A stretch of 64,000 nucleotides of DNA from Vicinamibacterales bacterium (GCA_040902895.1 JBBDWL010000056.1:16482-80481), one strand, 5' to 3'; shown: positions 28,391 through 38,201, counted from the first letter of the stretch. Notes: generated from the sequence alone by a model not told the origin. Program-made: numbers and translations.

Positions 28391-28648
28391 ATGGCTGTTG
28401 TCACAACACACGACGCGAAGAGAGGTTTCAGCAGCCTGCTGGACCGTGTGTGCCGCGGAGAAGAGATAGTGATCACCCGGAATGGCCGGCCGGTCGCGAG
28501 ACTGGTGCCGGAAAGCGCTCAGCCGCTCCACGACGTCAGGCGCAGCATTCAGGGACTTCGTGAGCTGCAACAGCGCATCCGGGCGCGAGCGCAGAGCAGG
28601 CTCTCCAATCGCGAGGTTCGCGCAGCGATTGAAAAAGGACGTCCTTGA
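28391..28648 (+). CDS. Phd/YefM-family antitoxin (no adjacent toxin)
   Basis: MAVVTTHDAKRGFSSLLDRVCRGEEIVITRNGRPVARLVP is the typical Phd/YefM N-terminus. Confidence 0.8.
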   Translation: MAVVTTHDAKRGFSSLLDRVCRGEEIVITRNGRPVARLVPESAQPLHDVRRSIQGLRELQQRIRARAQSRLSNREVRAAIEKGRP

Positions 28649-28663
28649 TCGCATGAGCGGCCA

Positions 28664-30772
28664 TCAGAACGCGATGAGTCTGCGCACGCGCTCGACGTCG
28701 GCCTGCAGCATGCGCGGCGCGAGCTCGATAAAGCGTTCGCCGAACGGGCGCGCCTCGTCGCGGCGCCCCATCTGCGCGAGATAGACCGTCAGGTTATAGA
28801 GCGCGTTGAGCTCGCGCGGTTCGATCGCGACGGCTCGCTTCCACGACTCGATCGCCGCCTCCTGCCGTCCGGTTTCCGCCAGCGCAACGCCGAGCGCCGT
28901 GTGCGCGCCGGCAAGATTCGGGTCTATCGCCAGCGCCGCTCTGAGCGACTGCTCCGCCGCAGCGTAGTTGCGCCGCCGCAGATGCGCGGCGCCGATGTTT
29001 TCATGCGCCAGCGCGTTCCGCGGATCGATCGCGAGCAGGCGCTCGAATGTTGAAATCGCCTGCGGCTCGCGATTCGCCAGCATGTAGGCGTTGCCGAGGC
29101 CGATCAGCGCATCCGGATCGCTGCCGGCGCTCGCCTCGAGCAGTTCTATCGCGCGCTGCGGTTGACCGGCCTCGGCAAGATACTGCCCAAGCTTGATCCG
29201 CACCTCACTCTGCGTGACGCCCGCCTTCAGCGCCGCCTCGAGGATCTCGATCGCGTCGCGCGCGCGACCCTGACGCCAGTACACGAGCGCGAGCTTGCGG
29301 TACGCGTCTTCGGTGTCGGCGCGGCGCGCAATCACCTGCCTGTACAACGCAATCGCTTCGTCCTGTCTGCCCTCCCGCTGCGCGTTGCCGGCCTGCGCCA
29401 GCATCTGCTCGATCACCACGAGCCGCTTCGGATCATCGTCCTCTGTATAGCGCTCGCGCACCGCCGCGCTGCCGCCGCCGATGTAGCCGAGCGATCGCAG
29501 CCGCTCGAGCGTTTCGGGCGACTCGGCCTGCGCGCGCGCGGGCGGCGCGACGTTGAAGGTTCGCAGCGTGTTGAACAGCACGCGCGCGCGGTCGGTCGAG
29601 CGCGCGGCGAGATTGCTGGCCTCCGCGGGATCGGCCGCCAGATCGTAGAGCTCGGGGATCGGCAGATCGATGTACTTCTCGCGGCCGGAGATGACACCGC
29701 GCAGCGGCGCCCATCCGCGTGCGACCGCCGCCGTCATCGCCTCGAAGTACGACGGCCGATCGTCGCCGCCTCGCGCCGCGATCACCGGAAGCAGCGAGGT
29801 GCCGGACACGGAAGGCGCTGCCGGCGCGCCCACCGCCTCGACCACCGTCGGCAGCAGATCGACGTGCCGCGCGGGCGAGGTGATGACGGCGCCTTCGCCG
29901 CGCACACCGCCGCCCGGCCGGATCTCCGCGACGATCAACGGCACGCGCAGCACCGGTTCATAGGCGAACAATCCGTGCGTAATCTCACCGTGGTCGCCCA
30001 GCGACTCGCCGTGATCGGCCGTCACGATGACGAGCGTCGGGCGCGAGCCCTGTTCGAGCTGCTTGAGCAGCGCGCCGAGCGCGAAGTCGGTCCAGGAGAC
30101 TTCCGCGAGATACGGATCGTTCGGAAACCGGGCGTTCCACTCTTCCGGTGCCTCGTACGTCGCATGCGGATCGTACAGATGCACCCACGACAGCCATTTG
30201 CCCGGCTGCTCTCCGATCCATTCGCGCGCCGGCGCAATCACCCGATCCGCGCGTCGCTCGCGCTCTCCCGCCTCGATACCGGAGGCGGCATCGAGCGTGT
30301 CGTCGTAGTGATCGAAGCCGGCGCCCACGCCGAACCGCCGATCCAGCGGGAATCCGCCAATGAAGGCGCCTGTTGCGAATCCCTGCGCCTTGAGCAGCGA
30401 GGCAATCGTCGGCATCGCCGGATCGAAGCGATACCCGGTGTTGTCGCGGATGCCGTGCTCGTACGGGTAACGGCCGCTGAGGATGCTGGCATGCGAGGGC
30501 AGCGTGACAACGGCGTGCGCGTGGGCGAAGTCGAACCGCGCGCCGCGCGCCGCAAGCCGGTCTAGATTCGGAGTGACGGCCCCGCCGCCGTACGACCCCA
30601 GGGCATCGGCCCGCAGCGTGTCGATGGTGACGATGAGCACGTTGCGATCGGGATCGACCTCGAGCGTAAAGTCGCGTGACCGGCCGAGTGCCCACCAGCC
30701 GGCGGCGAGCGCCGCGGCGGCGACGACCACCGCTCCGAGGGCCCGGACGCGTGAAACCTTTGACATCTGCAC
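28664..30772 (-). CDS. sulfatase-like (alkaline-phosphatase superfamily) enzyme fused to C-terminal TPR repeats, paralog 1
   Basis: VLIVTIDTLRADALGSYGG...AHAVVTLPSHASILSGRYPYEHG...VTADHGESLGDHG form the catalytic domain. The C-terminal half has multiple TPR-like repeats (AIALYRQVIARRADTEDAYRKLALVYWRQGR...). It has an N-terminal TM anchor, and the start is GTG at 30772 or ATG at 30766. Confidence 0.85.
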   Translation of the reverse strand: MQMSKVSRVRALGAVVVAAAALAAGWWALGRSRDFTLEVDPDRNVLIVTIDTLRADALGSYGGGAVTPNLDRLAARGARFDFAHAHAVVTLPSHASILSGRYPYEHGIRDNTGYRFDPAMPTIASLLKAQGFATGAFIGGFPLDRRFGVGAGFDHYDDTLDAASGIEAGERERRADRVIAPAREWIGEQPGKWLSWVHLYDPHATYEAPEEWNARFPNDPYLAEVSWTDFALGALLKQLEQGSRPTLVIVTADHGESLGDHGEITHGLFAYEPVLRVPLIVAEIRPGGGVRGEGAVITSPARHVDLLPTVVEAVGAPAAPSVSGTSLLPVIAARGGDDRPSYFEAMTAAVARGWAPLRGVISGREKYIDLPIPELYDLAADPAEASNLAARSTDRARVLFNTLRTFNVAPPARAQAESPETLERLRSLGYIGGGSAAVRERYTEDDDPKRLVVIEQMLAQAGNAQREGRQDEAIALYRQVIARRADTEDAYRKLALVYWRQGRARDAIEILEAALKAGVTQSEVRIKLGQYLAEAGQPQRAIELLEASAGSDPDALIGLGNAYMLANREPQAISTFERLLAIDPRNALAHENIGAAHLRRRNYAAAEQSLRAALAIDPNLAGAHTALGVALAETGRQEAAIESWKRAVAIEPRELNALYNLTVYLAQMGRRDEARPFGERFIELAPRMLQADVERVRRLIAF

Positions 30773-30810
30773 TAAGCTTACTCAGCCGGCGCATAATCGA
30801 GGCAAACCAC

Positions 30811-32997
30811 ATGACCAACGGCTCGATCGCCGTCCGGCGGCCCGTCGCCTTCACCGCGGCGGTGCTATGCCTGTCGCTGGCGGCTGACGCCCAGCAGCGC
30901 GCTCCTCTACAGTCTCAGCCCACGTTCCGCGCCGACGTCGAGCTCGTGCAGATCGACGTCGTCGTCGTCGACCAGAACGGCGCGCACGTCCGCGGCCTGA
31001 AGGCGAGCGACTTCGTCGTTCGCGATCGCGGGAAGCCGCAGACGGTTGCGGCGTTCGAGGAGATTTCGCATGAGCGGCCTGCGCGGACGATGGCCGATGC
31101 CGCCGCGCCGCCGCCGCCGCCACCGGCGCGACTCGACGTATCCAGTAATCAGACCGCGGCCGCCGATCGGCTGGTCGTGCTCGTCGTCGACGATCTGCAT
31201 CTCTGGCGGGGCCGCACGGCGACGGCGCAGTCGATCGCGCGCGGCATTCTCGACAGGCTTGGCCCCGACGCGTCCATGGCGGTGCTCTTCACCAGCGGCG
31301 AGCGAAGCACGCAGGTCACCGAGGACCGCGCACTTCTGCGCAACGCCATTGACACGCTCAAGGGACGGCAATCGGTGCGGCGGCCGAATCAGGCTGTCGA
31401 TGGCCAGCGCACGAAGCCGAACGATCCCGAAGCCAGCATGGACGCGCAGCTTGCGAACATTCAAGCGTCGCAGGACGTCAGCCTGCAGCAATTCGCCGAC
31501 AACATGAGCCTGTTTACGACGCTCGAGGAGGCCGCGCGCATGATGGGCCAAGGGGATGCGCGGCGGAAGGCCTTCGTGCTCGTCTCGGAAGGCATCTCGA
31601 AGAATCCCACCGGCATCTTCGGATCGATGCGCGAGACGCCACAGGCGCCCGCGGGGGGAGCGGCGTACGCCGCGACGGGTGACGCGGCAGCGACCATCGT
31701 GCCGCCACCGACGGCATACCACGACCTCGCGCTGATCGACATGATGGAGGCCATGCGGCGATCGAACGTCGCAACGTATGCGATCGACCCGCGAGGGGAA
31801 GTCACGTCCGAGGAGCGCGCGCTCGAGCTTCACCCGGAGCCTGTCAGCGGTGATCCTATCTTCCGCTGGAACGACCCGCTCCGCATTGCACAGGACGGCC
31901 TGACGACAATCGCGGAGGCATCGGGGGGCTTCGCCGTGGTCAACACCGACGACTTCGCGAGCGGAGTCGAACGCATCCTCGACGATCTCGATCACTACTA
32001 TCTGCTTGGCTTTTATCCGGCTGACCCGAAGCGGAAGGGATATCGGCGGCTCGACGTAAACGTGCCCGGGCACCCGGATTGGATCGTGCGATTCCGCAGC
32101 GGCTATCAGGTCGAAGGCGGGCAAACGAAGGAGACGAAGAACCAGACTCCGCTCGTCGCGCTCTCGGCAGGCGTGCTGCCGAAGACCGACCTCGATCTGC
32201 GTGTTGGCGCCGTGCCGCTGGCGCTCGAGAGCGCGCGCGAGACGCGCGTCGCGGTCACGCTCGAAGTGTCGGTGGACCGCTCGTCACTCGAAGATCCTGA
32301 CGGCAAGCTGCGCGACGAGCTGACGTACGAGATTCTCGCCGTCGATGAGAAGCACAAGACGGTCAAGCACGCGGGCGGACTGAAGGCGCGTGTGACGCTG
32401 TCGCCAAGCGGCGCCGGCCCGCCCGTGGTCGCAACGTATCAGGTCGCCGACACGATCTCTCTGCCGCCCGGCGCGTACCAGCTGCGCGTGGCCGCGCAGA
32501 GCATCCGGCTGAAAAAGGGCGGCAGCGTGTATCTGAATCTGGACGTGCCCGACTTCAGGCGCGCGCCCGTCACGATCGGCGGAATGGCCATCGGCTACGC
32601 GGCCGGCGCGCGCGTCACCGAAGCGCCGCCGATCGCCCGGCCGACGCCCGCTCAGCGTTCCGCGCGCATGGTCATCGCGCCGCCAGTGCCCGCACTGCCG
32701 TTCCCCGCAACGCTGGACCGCGCGTTCACAACGGATGATGTGTTGCGGGTCTATCTCGAGGTCGCGGGGGGAGGTGGACGCGCCGAGCGAATTCCGGGCC
32801 GTCTCGAAGTGCTCGCAGCCGATGGAAAGACCCCGCAGTCCTCGGTCGATTTCACGTCGGACGACCGCGGCCGCGTCAACCTCACGCTGCCGCTCGGCAA
32901 CCTCGACCCCGGCCCGTACATCCTCCGCGCCACGGTGGGGACCGGCTCCCAGGCTGTGACGCGCGACGTCGGCTTCTCGATCGCCGATGCGCGCTAG
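30811..32997 (+). CDS. VWA-domain protein (TIGR03436-like), paralog 5
   Basis: Internal ATG at 30811 (MTNGSIAVRRPVAFTAAVLCLSLAADA). QPTFRADVELVQIDVVVVDQNGAHVRGLKASDFVVRDRGKPQTVAAF. Confidence 0.85.
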   Translation: MTNGSIAVRRPVAFTAAVLCLSLAADAQQRAPLQSQPTFRADVELVQIDVVVVDQNGAHVRGLKASDFVVRDRGKPQTVAAFEEISHERPARTMADAAAPPPPPPARLDVSSNQTAAADRLVVLVVDDLHLWRGRTATAQSIARGILDRLGPDASMAVLFTSGERSTQVTEDRALLRNAIDTLKGRQSVRRPNQAVDGQRTKPNDPEASMDAQLANIQASQDVSLQQFADNMSLFTTLEEAARMMGQGDARRKAFVLVSEGISKNPTGIFGSMRETPQAPAGGAAYAATGDAAATIVPPPTAYHDLALIDMMEAMRRSNVATYAIDPRGEVTSEERALELHPEPVSGDPIFRWNDPLRIAQDGLTTIAEASGGFAVVNTDDFASGVERILDDLDHYYLLGFYPADPKRKGYRRLDVNVPGHPDWIVRFRSGYQVEGGQTKETKNQTPLVALSAGVLPKTDLDLRVGAVPLALESARETRVAVTLEVSVDRSSLEDPDGKLRDELTYEILAVDEKHKTVKHAGGLKARVTLSPSGAGPPVVATYQVADTISLPPGAYQLRVAAQSIRLKKGGSVYLNLDVPDFRRAPVTIGGMAIGYAAGARVTEAPPIARPTPAQRSARMVIAPPVPALPFPATLDRAFTTDDVLRVYLEVAGGGGRAERIPGRLEVLAADGKTPQSSVDFTSDDRGRVNLTLPLGNLDPGPYILRATVGTGSQAVTRDVGFSIADAR

Positions 32998-35086
32998 TCT
33001 TCGTCCCCGCGCGCGTCAATCCGCAGCCGTCGCGGCGGCCATGCTCGGGCTGTCTTTCTCGCTCGGCGCTCAGCAGAGCACGCCCTCACGCCCGCAGACT
33101 ACGTTCCGCGCCGGCGTCGAGCTCGTTCAGGTCGACGTCGTCGTCGTCGACCAGAAAGGCACGCACATTCGCGGGTTGAAGGCGAGCGACTTCGCCATCA
33201 CCGACCGCAAGAAGCCGCAGACGATCGCGGCGTTCGAGGAAGTGACGCACGAACGGCCGCGTGCCGCCGAGGCGTCGCCGGCGAGTGCGGCGCCGGTGCG
33301 GATGGACGTCGCGAGCAACCAGAGCGTGCAGGCGCATCGCCTGGTCGTGATGGTGATCGACGATCTGCACATCTATCGAGGGCGCGTTGATAGGGCAAAG
33401 ACGATCGCGAAGGACGTGCTTGCGAAGCTCGGGGGCGACGCCTCGATGGCCGTTCTCTTCACCAGCGGCGAGCACAGCACGGAGGTGACGGAAGATCGAT
33501 CGATGCTGCTGGCAGCGATCGACACGCTTCAAGGGCGAAAGGCGGTACGCCGGCCAACCGCCGCCATCGATCGGCAGAAGATGGCCGCGGGCGGCGGGGA
33601 AACCGGGCGGCCGTTTGAGGAAATCGCCGACGCCCAAAGCGCATCACTGCAGGACTTCTTCGACAACATGTCGAAATACAAAGCGCTCGACGACGCCGCG
33701 CGGTTGCTCGGTCAGGGTGATGCAAGGCGAAAGGCGTTCGTCCTCATCTCAGAAGGCATCGCGAGGGATCTGACAGGCGTGTTCGATGCGGCGAATGCGG
33801 AGGGCCATCACGCCCTGGCGCTGCGCAACATGATGAACTCGATGCGGCGATCCAACGTCGTCACGTACGGCATCGATCCGAGGGGACACGTCTCGACTCA
33901 GAACCTGGCGCTCGAATTGTTCCCGAGTCCGCAAGGCTTCGACGTGCACGATCCGGTGTTTTTCTGGCACAACCCGGTTCGTCTGGCGCAGAACGGCTTG
34001 AGGGGCCTGGCTGAAGCGTCGGGCGGCTTTGCCGTGGTCGACACCGACGACTTCACGGCCGGCATCGATCGCATCATCGACGACCTCGATCATTACTACC
34101 TCCTCGGGTTCTACCCGAACGATCCCGGCAAGAAGGGCTATCGGCCGCTCGACGTCAGCATCTCCGCGCATCCTGAATGGCAAGTCCGCTTCCGCAAGGG
34201 TTATCGCGCGGAAGGGCCTCCGAAGCCGCCCGTCAACAAGAACCCGCTGGCCGCGCTCATGTCTGGCGCGCTGCCCGACTCGTCGCTGCCCCTGCGCCTT
34301 CATGCGGTGCCGCTTGGGCAGGCGTCCGGAGGCGACACGCGGATTGAGCTGGCGATCGAAGTCTCGGTGCCGCGGACGGCCGTGGAGGAAGCAGACGGCA
34401 AGCTGCGCGACGAGTTGAAGTACGAGGTCGTGGTCGTCGACGAGAAAAGAGCAAAGATTCGGTCGCTCGGCGGCCTGACGGCGCGTGTGACGTTGTCACC
34501 GACGGCCGGCCGCGACACGGCGCCCGACGTCGCGACCTATCAGGTGGCGCAGACGATCGCGCTACCGCCGGGACGGTTCCAGCTGCGCCTCGCCGCGCAA
34601 AGCAGCAAGCTCGCCCGGGGCGGCAGTGTGTATCTGCACCTGAACGTGCCCGACGTAAGGCGCGATGCGCTGTCGATTGGCGGACTCGCGGTAGGTTACG
34701 CGAACGGATCGCGGATCGCGACAGCCGTGGCGACTCCCCCGCCGGTGAGTCGCGCGCGGCGCTCGGCGCGCATGGCCGCGGCTCCTCCGCCGCTCCCCGC
34801 GCTGCCGTTCCCGCCGACGCTGGATCGCGAATTCGCGAGCGACGATCTGCTGCGCGTGTACTTCGAGGTCACGGCGCGCGATCGGCGCGAACCGGCTGCC
34901 GGGGTATTGGAGATCGTGGGAGCCGATGCCGGCGCGGCACACCGCTCGCTGCCCTTCACGGTCGACGACCGCGGCCGCGCCGATTTTCAGGTGTCACTCG
35001 CCGGCCTGCCGCCCGGCGCCTACATCCTGCGCGCCCAACTTACGGCCGGCCCGAAGGCGGAGATCGGGATCGCGATCAAAAAATAG
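32987..35086 (+). CDS. VWA-domain protein (TIGR03436-like), paralog 6
   Basis: QTTFRAGVELVQVDVVVVDQKGTHIRGLKASDFAITDRKKPQTIAAF. It is collinear with paralog 5 and overlaps it by 11 nt. Confidence 0.85.
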   Translation: MRASLRPRARQSAAVAAAMLGLSFSLGAQQSTPSRPQTTFRAGVELVQVDVVVVDQKGTHIRGLKASDFAITDRKKPQTIAAFEEVTHERPRAAEASPASAAPVRMDVASNQSVQAHRLVVMVIDDLHIYRGRVDRAKTIAKDVLAKLGGDASMAVLFTSGEHSTEVTEDRSMLLAAIDTLQGRKAVRRPTAAIDRQKMAAGGGETGRPFEEIADAQSASLQDFFDNMSKYKALDDAARLLGQGDARRKAFVLISEGIARDLTGVFDAANAEGHHALALRNMMNSMRRSNVVTYGIDPRGHVSTQNLALELFPSPQGFDVHDPVFFWHNPVRLAQNGLRGLAEASGGFAVVDTDDFTAGIDRIIDDLDHYYLLGFYPNDPGKKGYRPLDVSISAHPEWQVRFRKGYRAEGPPKPPVNKNPLAALMSGALPDSSLPLRLHAVPLGQASGGDTRIELAIEVSVPRTAVEEADGKLRDELKYEVVVVDEKRAKIRSLGGLTARVTLSPTAGRDTAPDVATYQVAQTIALPPGRFQLRLAAQSSKLARGGSVYLHLNVPDVRRDALSIGGLAVGYANGSRIATAVATPPPVSRARRSARMAAAPPPLPALPFPPTLDREFASDDLLRVYFEVTARDRREPAAGVLEIVGADAGAAHRSLPFTVDDRGRADFQVSLAGLPPGAYILRAQLTAGPKAEIGIAIKK

Positions 35087-35140
35087 GGGACGGGTCTCGA
35101 TTTTACGGTTTCTGTAAAATCGAGACCCGTCCCCTATTTT
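35080..35140. repeat. long perfect palindrome (27-bp stem, 7-nt loop), copy 1 of a repeated element; likely bidirectional terminator
   Basis: AAATAGGGGACGGGTCTCGATTTTAC-ggtttct-GTAAAATCGAGACCCGTCCCCTATTT. It contains the stop codons of both convergent genes (TAG at 35084-86 and CTA at 35134-36). Confidence 0.85.
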
Positions 35141-37326
35141 GTTAAGTACGCCGCGATCTGTTCGCGCTCGCGCGCGAAGAACGCGAGCGGCGCGGTGTCG
35201 ATGAACTGGCGGCCGTAATGTCTGGCTTCTTCGCGGCGGCCGGCCGACGCGAGCTCCAGCCACAGGTTATAGAGCGCGTTGAACTCGGCGCCGTCGAGCG
35301 CGACCGCGCGCTTCCAGCTCTCGATCGCCTCGCCCTTGCGGCCGGTGCCTGACAGAATCACGCCCATGATCGTGTGCGCACCGGCCAACGTCGCATCGGC
35401 CTCGAGCGCTTTCCGCGCGTAGCCCTCCGCCTGCTGCATCTTCGCGATCGCCGCATCCGCGTTGCCGAGCGCCAGTGCCTCGCGCAGCGTCATCGACGCG
35501 AGATTCTGAAATGCCAGCGCGTTGGTGGCATCGAGTGCCAGCACGCGATCGAACGTGCGCACGGCGTCGCCGTACCGTCCCGCCGCGCCATACGCGATTC
35601 CCAGACCGTTCAGGGCCTCGACATCATCGGTCGGCATCCCTTCGAGGAGCGCAATGGCGCGCGCAGGGTCGCCACCGCTCTCCGCCAGATACACGCCAAG
35701 GCGCACACGAAGATCGCGATCGGGCGCGCCGGCGCGCAGGCCCTGCTCGAGCGTGGCGATCGCCTTCTGCGGCTGCCCGCCTTCCCAGTACTGATACGAC
35801 AACGTGATGTAGGCGTCGGCCGTGTCGGGACGCCGCGCGATCGCGCCCTCGAGCAGCCGGATGCCCTCGTCGCGCCGCCCTTCCTGAAACGCCTCTGACG
35901 CGCGGTGCAGATCGCGATCGACCTCGACGAGCCGCTTCGGATCGTCGTCCTCGGTATAGCGATCGCGCGCCGGTGCGCTGCCCGTGACATAGCCAAGCGA
36001 ACGCAAGGCTTCGCGCGCTTCCGCCGATTCCTGTCCCGGCCGGTTCGGCGGCGCCACGTTGAAGCCGCGCAGCATGTTCGCCATCACCTGCACGCGGTCG
36101 CGCGCGCTTGCCGCCAGATTGGTGTGCTCGCCGGGATCGGCCGCCAGATCGTAGAGCTCCGGAATCGGCAGATCGATGTACTTGCTGCGTTCGACGATGA
36201 CGCCGCGCAGCGGCGCCCAGCCGCGCACGAGGTTGTAGGTCATGGCCTCGAAGTACGCAGGCCGGTCGGCGCTCTGGCCGTCGCCGACGAGCGGCGCGAG
36301 CGATACGCCCGGCAGCGCCGCCGCGCCCTCGACGCTCGCGAGGTCCAGCACGGTCGGCGCGATGTCAATGTGCCGCACGGGCGTGTCGACGACGACGCCC
36401 CTCGACTTCGCTCGGGGCAAGCCCGCGGTGCCGTTCGAGCCTGCCCCACGGCCCCCTGGCTCGACCACCGCGACGATCAGCGGCACGCGCAGCGTCGGCT
36501 CGTACGCGAACATTGCGTGCGTCAGCTCGCCATGCTCGCCGAGGCTCTCGCCGTGATCCGACGTCACGATCACAAGCGTGGGGCGCGACAATGTCGCCAG
36601 CCTGTCGAACAGCGGGCCGAGTGCCTGATCGGTCCACGCGACTTCGCCGTGGTACGGCTGCGCCGGGTAACCCGCCAGGTGTGGCTCCGGCGGCTTGTAC
36701 GGCGAATGCGGATCGAAAACGTGCACCCACGAGAAGAACTTCTGCTGCTGTGCGCCGATCCACTGGACCGCCCGCGCGACGACCTGGTCCGCCGGACGCT
36801 CCGGCATCGAGATCGCAATCGCGCCCCTCAGCTCCGGCATCTCATCGTCGTACACGTCGAATCCGGGCGCGAGGCCGAAGCGCTTCGTCACCGGAAACCC
36901 GCCGACGAACGCGCCGGTCGCGAACCCCGCCGCCTTCAGCCACGTCGCGAGCGTCTCGGTCCCGTCCTTCACGCGGAAGCCGCTGTTGTCGCGCATGCCA
37001 TGCTCATACGGCAGGCGTCCGGTAAGGATGCTGGTGTGCGACGGCAGCGTCACCACGGCGTGCGCGTGCGCGAACGAGAAGCGCGCGCCGCCGGCGGCGA
37101 GCCGATCGAGATTCGGCGTGCGCGCCGGTCCGCCGTACGACGACAGCGCATCTGCCCGTAGCGTGTCGATGGTGACGATGAGGATGTTGCGATCGGGCCG
37201 CGGCTCGAGCACGAACGGGCTCGAGCGCGGCCACCAGAGGACCAGCGCGCCCGCGAGGCCGAGCGCCGCCACCGCGGCGGCGGCCCAGGCCGGCGCGCGG
37301 CCGCGCGACGCGCGGCGAGGGATCAT
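35134..37326 (-). CDS. sulfatase-like (alkaline-phosphatase superfamily) enzyme fused to C-terminal TPR repeats, paralog 2
   Basis: ILIVTIDTLRADALSSYGG...AHAVVTLPSHTSILTGRLPYEHG...VTSDHGESLGEHG plus C-terminal TPR repeats. It is collinear with 28664..30772. Confidence 0.85.
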   Translation of the reverse strand: MIPRRASRGRAPAWAAAAVAALGLAGALVLWWPRSSPFVLEPRPDRNILIVTIDTLRADALSSYGGPARTPNLDRLAAGGARFSFAHAHAVVTLPSHTSILTGRLPYEHGMRDNSGFRVKDGTETLATWLKAAGFATGAFVGGFPVTKRFGLAPGFDVYDDEMPELRGAIAISMPERPADQVVARAVQWIGAQQQKFFSWVHVFDPHSPYKPPEPHLAGYPAQPYHGEVAWTDQALGPLFDRLATLSRPTLVIVTSDHGESLGEHGELTHAMFAYEPTLRVPLIVAVVEPGGRGAGSNGTAGLPRAKSRGVVVDTPVRHIDIAPTVLDLASVEGAAALPGVSLAPLVGDGQSADRPAYFEAMTYNLVRGWAPLRGVIVERSKYIDLPIPELYDLAADPGEHTNLAASARDRVQVMANMLRGFNVAPPNRPGQESAEAREALRSLGYVTGSAPARDRYTEDDDPKRLVEVDRDLHRASEAFQEGRRDEGIRLLEGAIARRPDTADAYITLSYQYWEGGQPQKAIATLEQGLRAGAPDRDLRVRLGVYLAESGGDPARAIALLEGMPTDDVEALNGLGIAYGAAGRYGDAVRTFDRVLALDATNALAFQNLASMTLREALALGNADAAIAKMQQAEGYARKALEADATLAGAHTIMGVILSGTGRKGEAIESWKRAVALDGAEFNALYNLWLELASAGRREEARHYGRQFIDTAPLAFFAREREQIAAYLTK

Positions 37327-38201
37327 TGCGGGGCGGCGATGCCCGCGAGGACCTTCACGCCATCGCGGCGCGCGCCCACCTGCACGATCTGCGGCGTGCC
37401 CGACGGACGCGCATAGGTGACCTCATACTGATGCGCCAGCGAAGAGGCGTAGTCTCGCATCAGCACCTCGACCGCATTGTCTGTGAAGACGACCTCACGC
37501 CGTCCGCCGCCAACCTGCACGAAACGATTGAGCACAATGTCACGTGCCGGATTCTCGAGTGATCCCTTCTGCACCGAGACGGCCCAGACCTGCGAGCGCG
37601 ACGCGATCAACGAGGTCAGAACCCGCTGGGGCTGCTGACTGCTGACTTCTTTGCTCGGCTCGACGTTGACAATGACGATCGCGCGCCGCGGGGTCTTCTG
37701 CCTCGCGAGGGCCCGGGTGGTCGCGTCAAGCGCCTCGAGCAGCACCGAAGCCGCGCGCTGTTTCGGATAGACCCGTGCGGTTGCTTTCAGGAACTCCTGA
37801 TGGTCGCTCGTGAAGTCCTTGATCTCGACCGCGGCCTGCCCGAACTCCCATAGAGCCATCTGCGACTGCGGACTTTCCTTCGCGATGGTCTCGACGAAGG
37901 CTTTCAGGCCGGCGCGGATGTCCTGGATGAATACCTGCGCTTCGGTCGTCGTGTCGATCAGCAGCACGATGGCGAGCGGCTGCTCCGACTTCTTCACCGA
38001 CACGATCTCGCGATCGATGTTGTCTTCCCGGATCGCGAAGTCGGCGGCGGTCATGTCGGTCACCGGCTTGCCTTTGTCGTCGATCACCGAGACGAAGATC
38101 GTTTTCTGGGCGGCCTGCGTGCCCACGGCCACGGCGCCGAGCGACACGATCAGGGCGAGACACGACAGGGGAACGAGCCGGCGGTGCGCGCGCGCAGTCA
38201 T
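37323..38201 (-). CDS. short VWA-like secreted protein (TIGR03436-like N-terminal architecture)
   Basis: A signal peptide is followed by IFVSVIDDKGKPVTDMTAADFAIREDNIDREIVSV and LAIVLLIDTTTE...PRRAIVIV. The stop overlaps the start of the sulfatase-like gene. Confidence 0.65.
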   Translation of the reverse strand: MTARAHRRLVPLSCLALIVSLGAVAVGTQAAQKTIFVSVIDDKGKPVTDMTAADFAIREDNIDREIVSVKKSEQPLAIVLLIDTTTEAQVFIQDIRAGLKAFVETIAKESPQSQMALWEFGQAAVEIKDFTSDHQEFLKATARVYPKQRAASVLLEALDATTRALARQKTPRRAIVIVNVEPSKEVSSQQPQRVLTSLIASRSQVWAVSVQKGSLENPARDIVLNRFVQVGGGRREVVFTDNAVEVLMRDYASSLAHQYEVTYARPSGTPQIVQVGARRDGVKVLAGIAAPQ

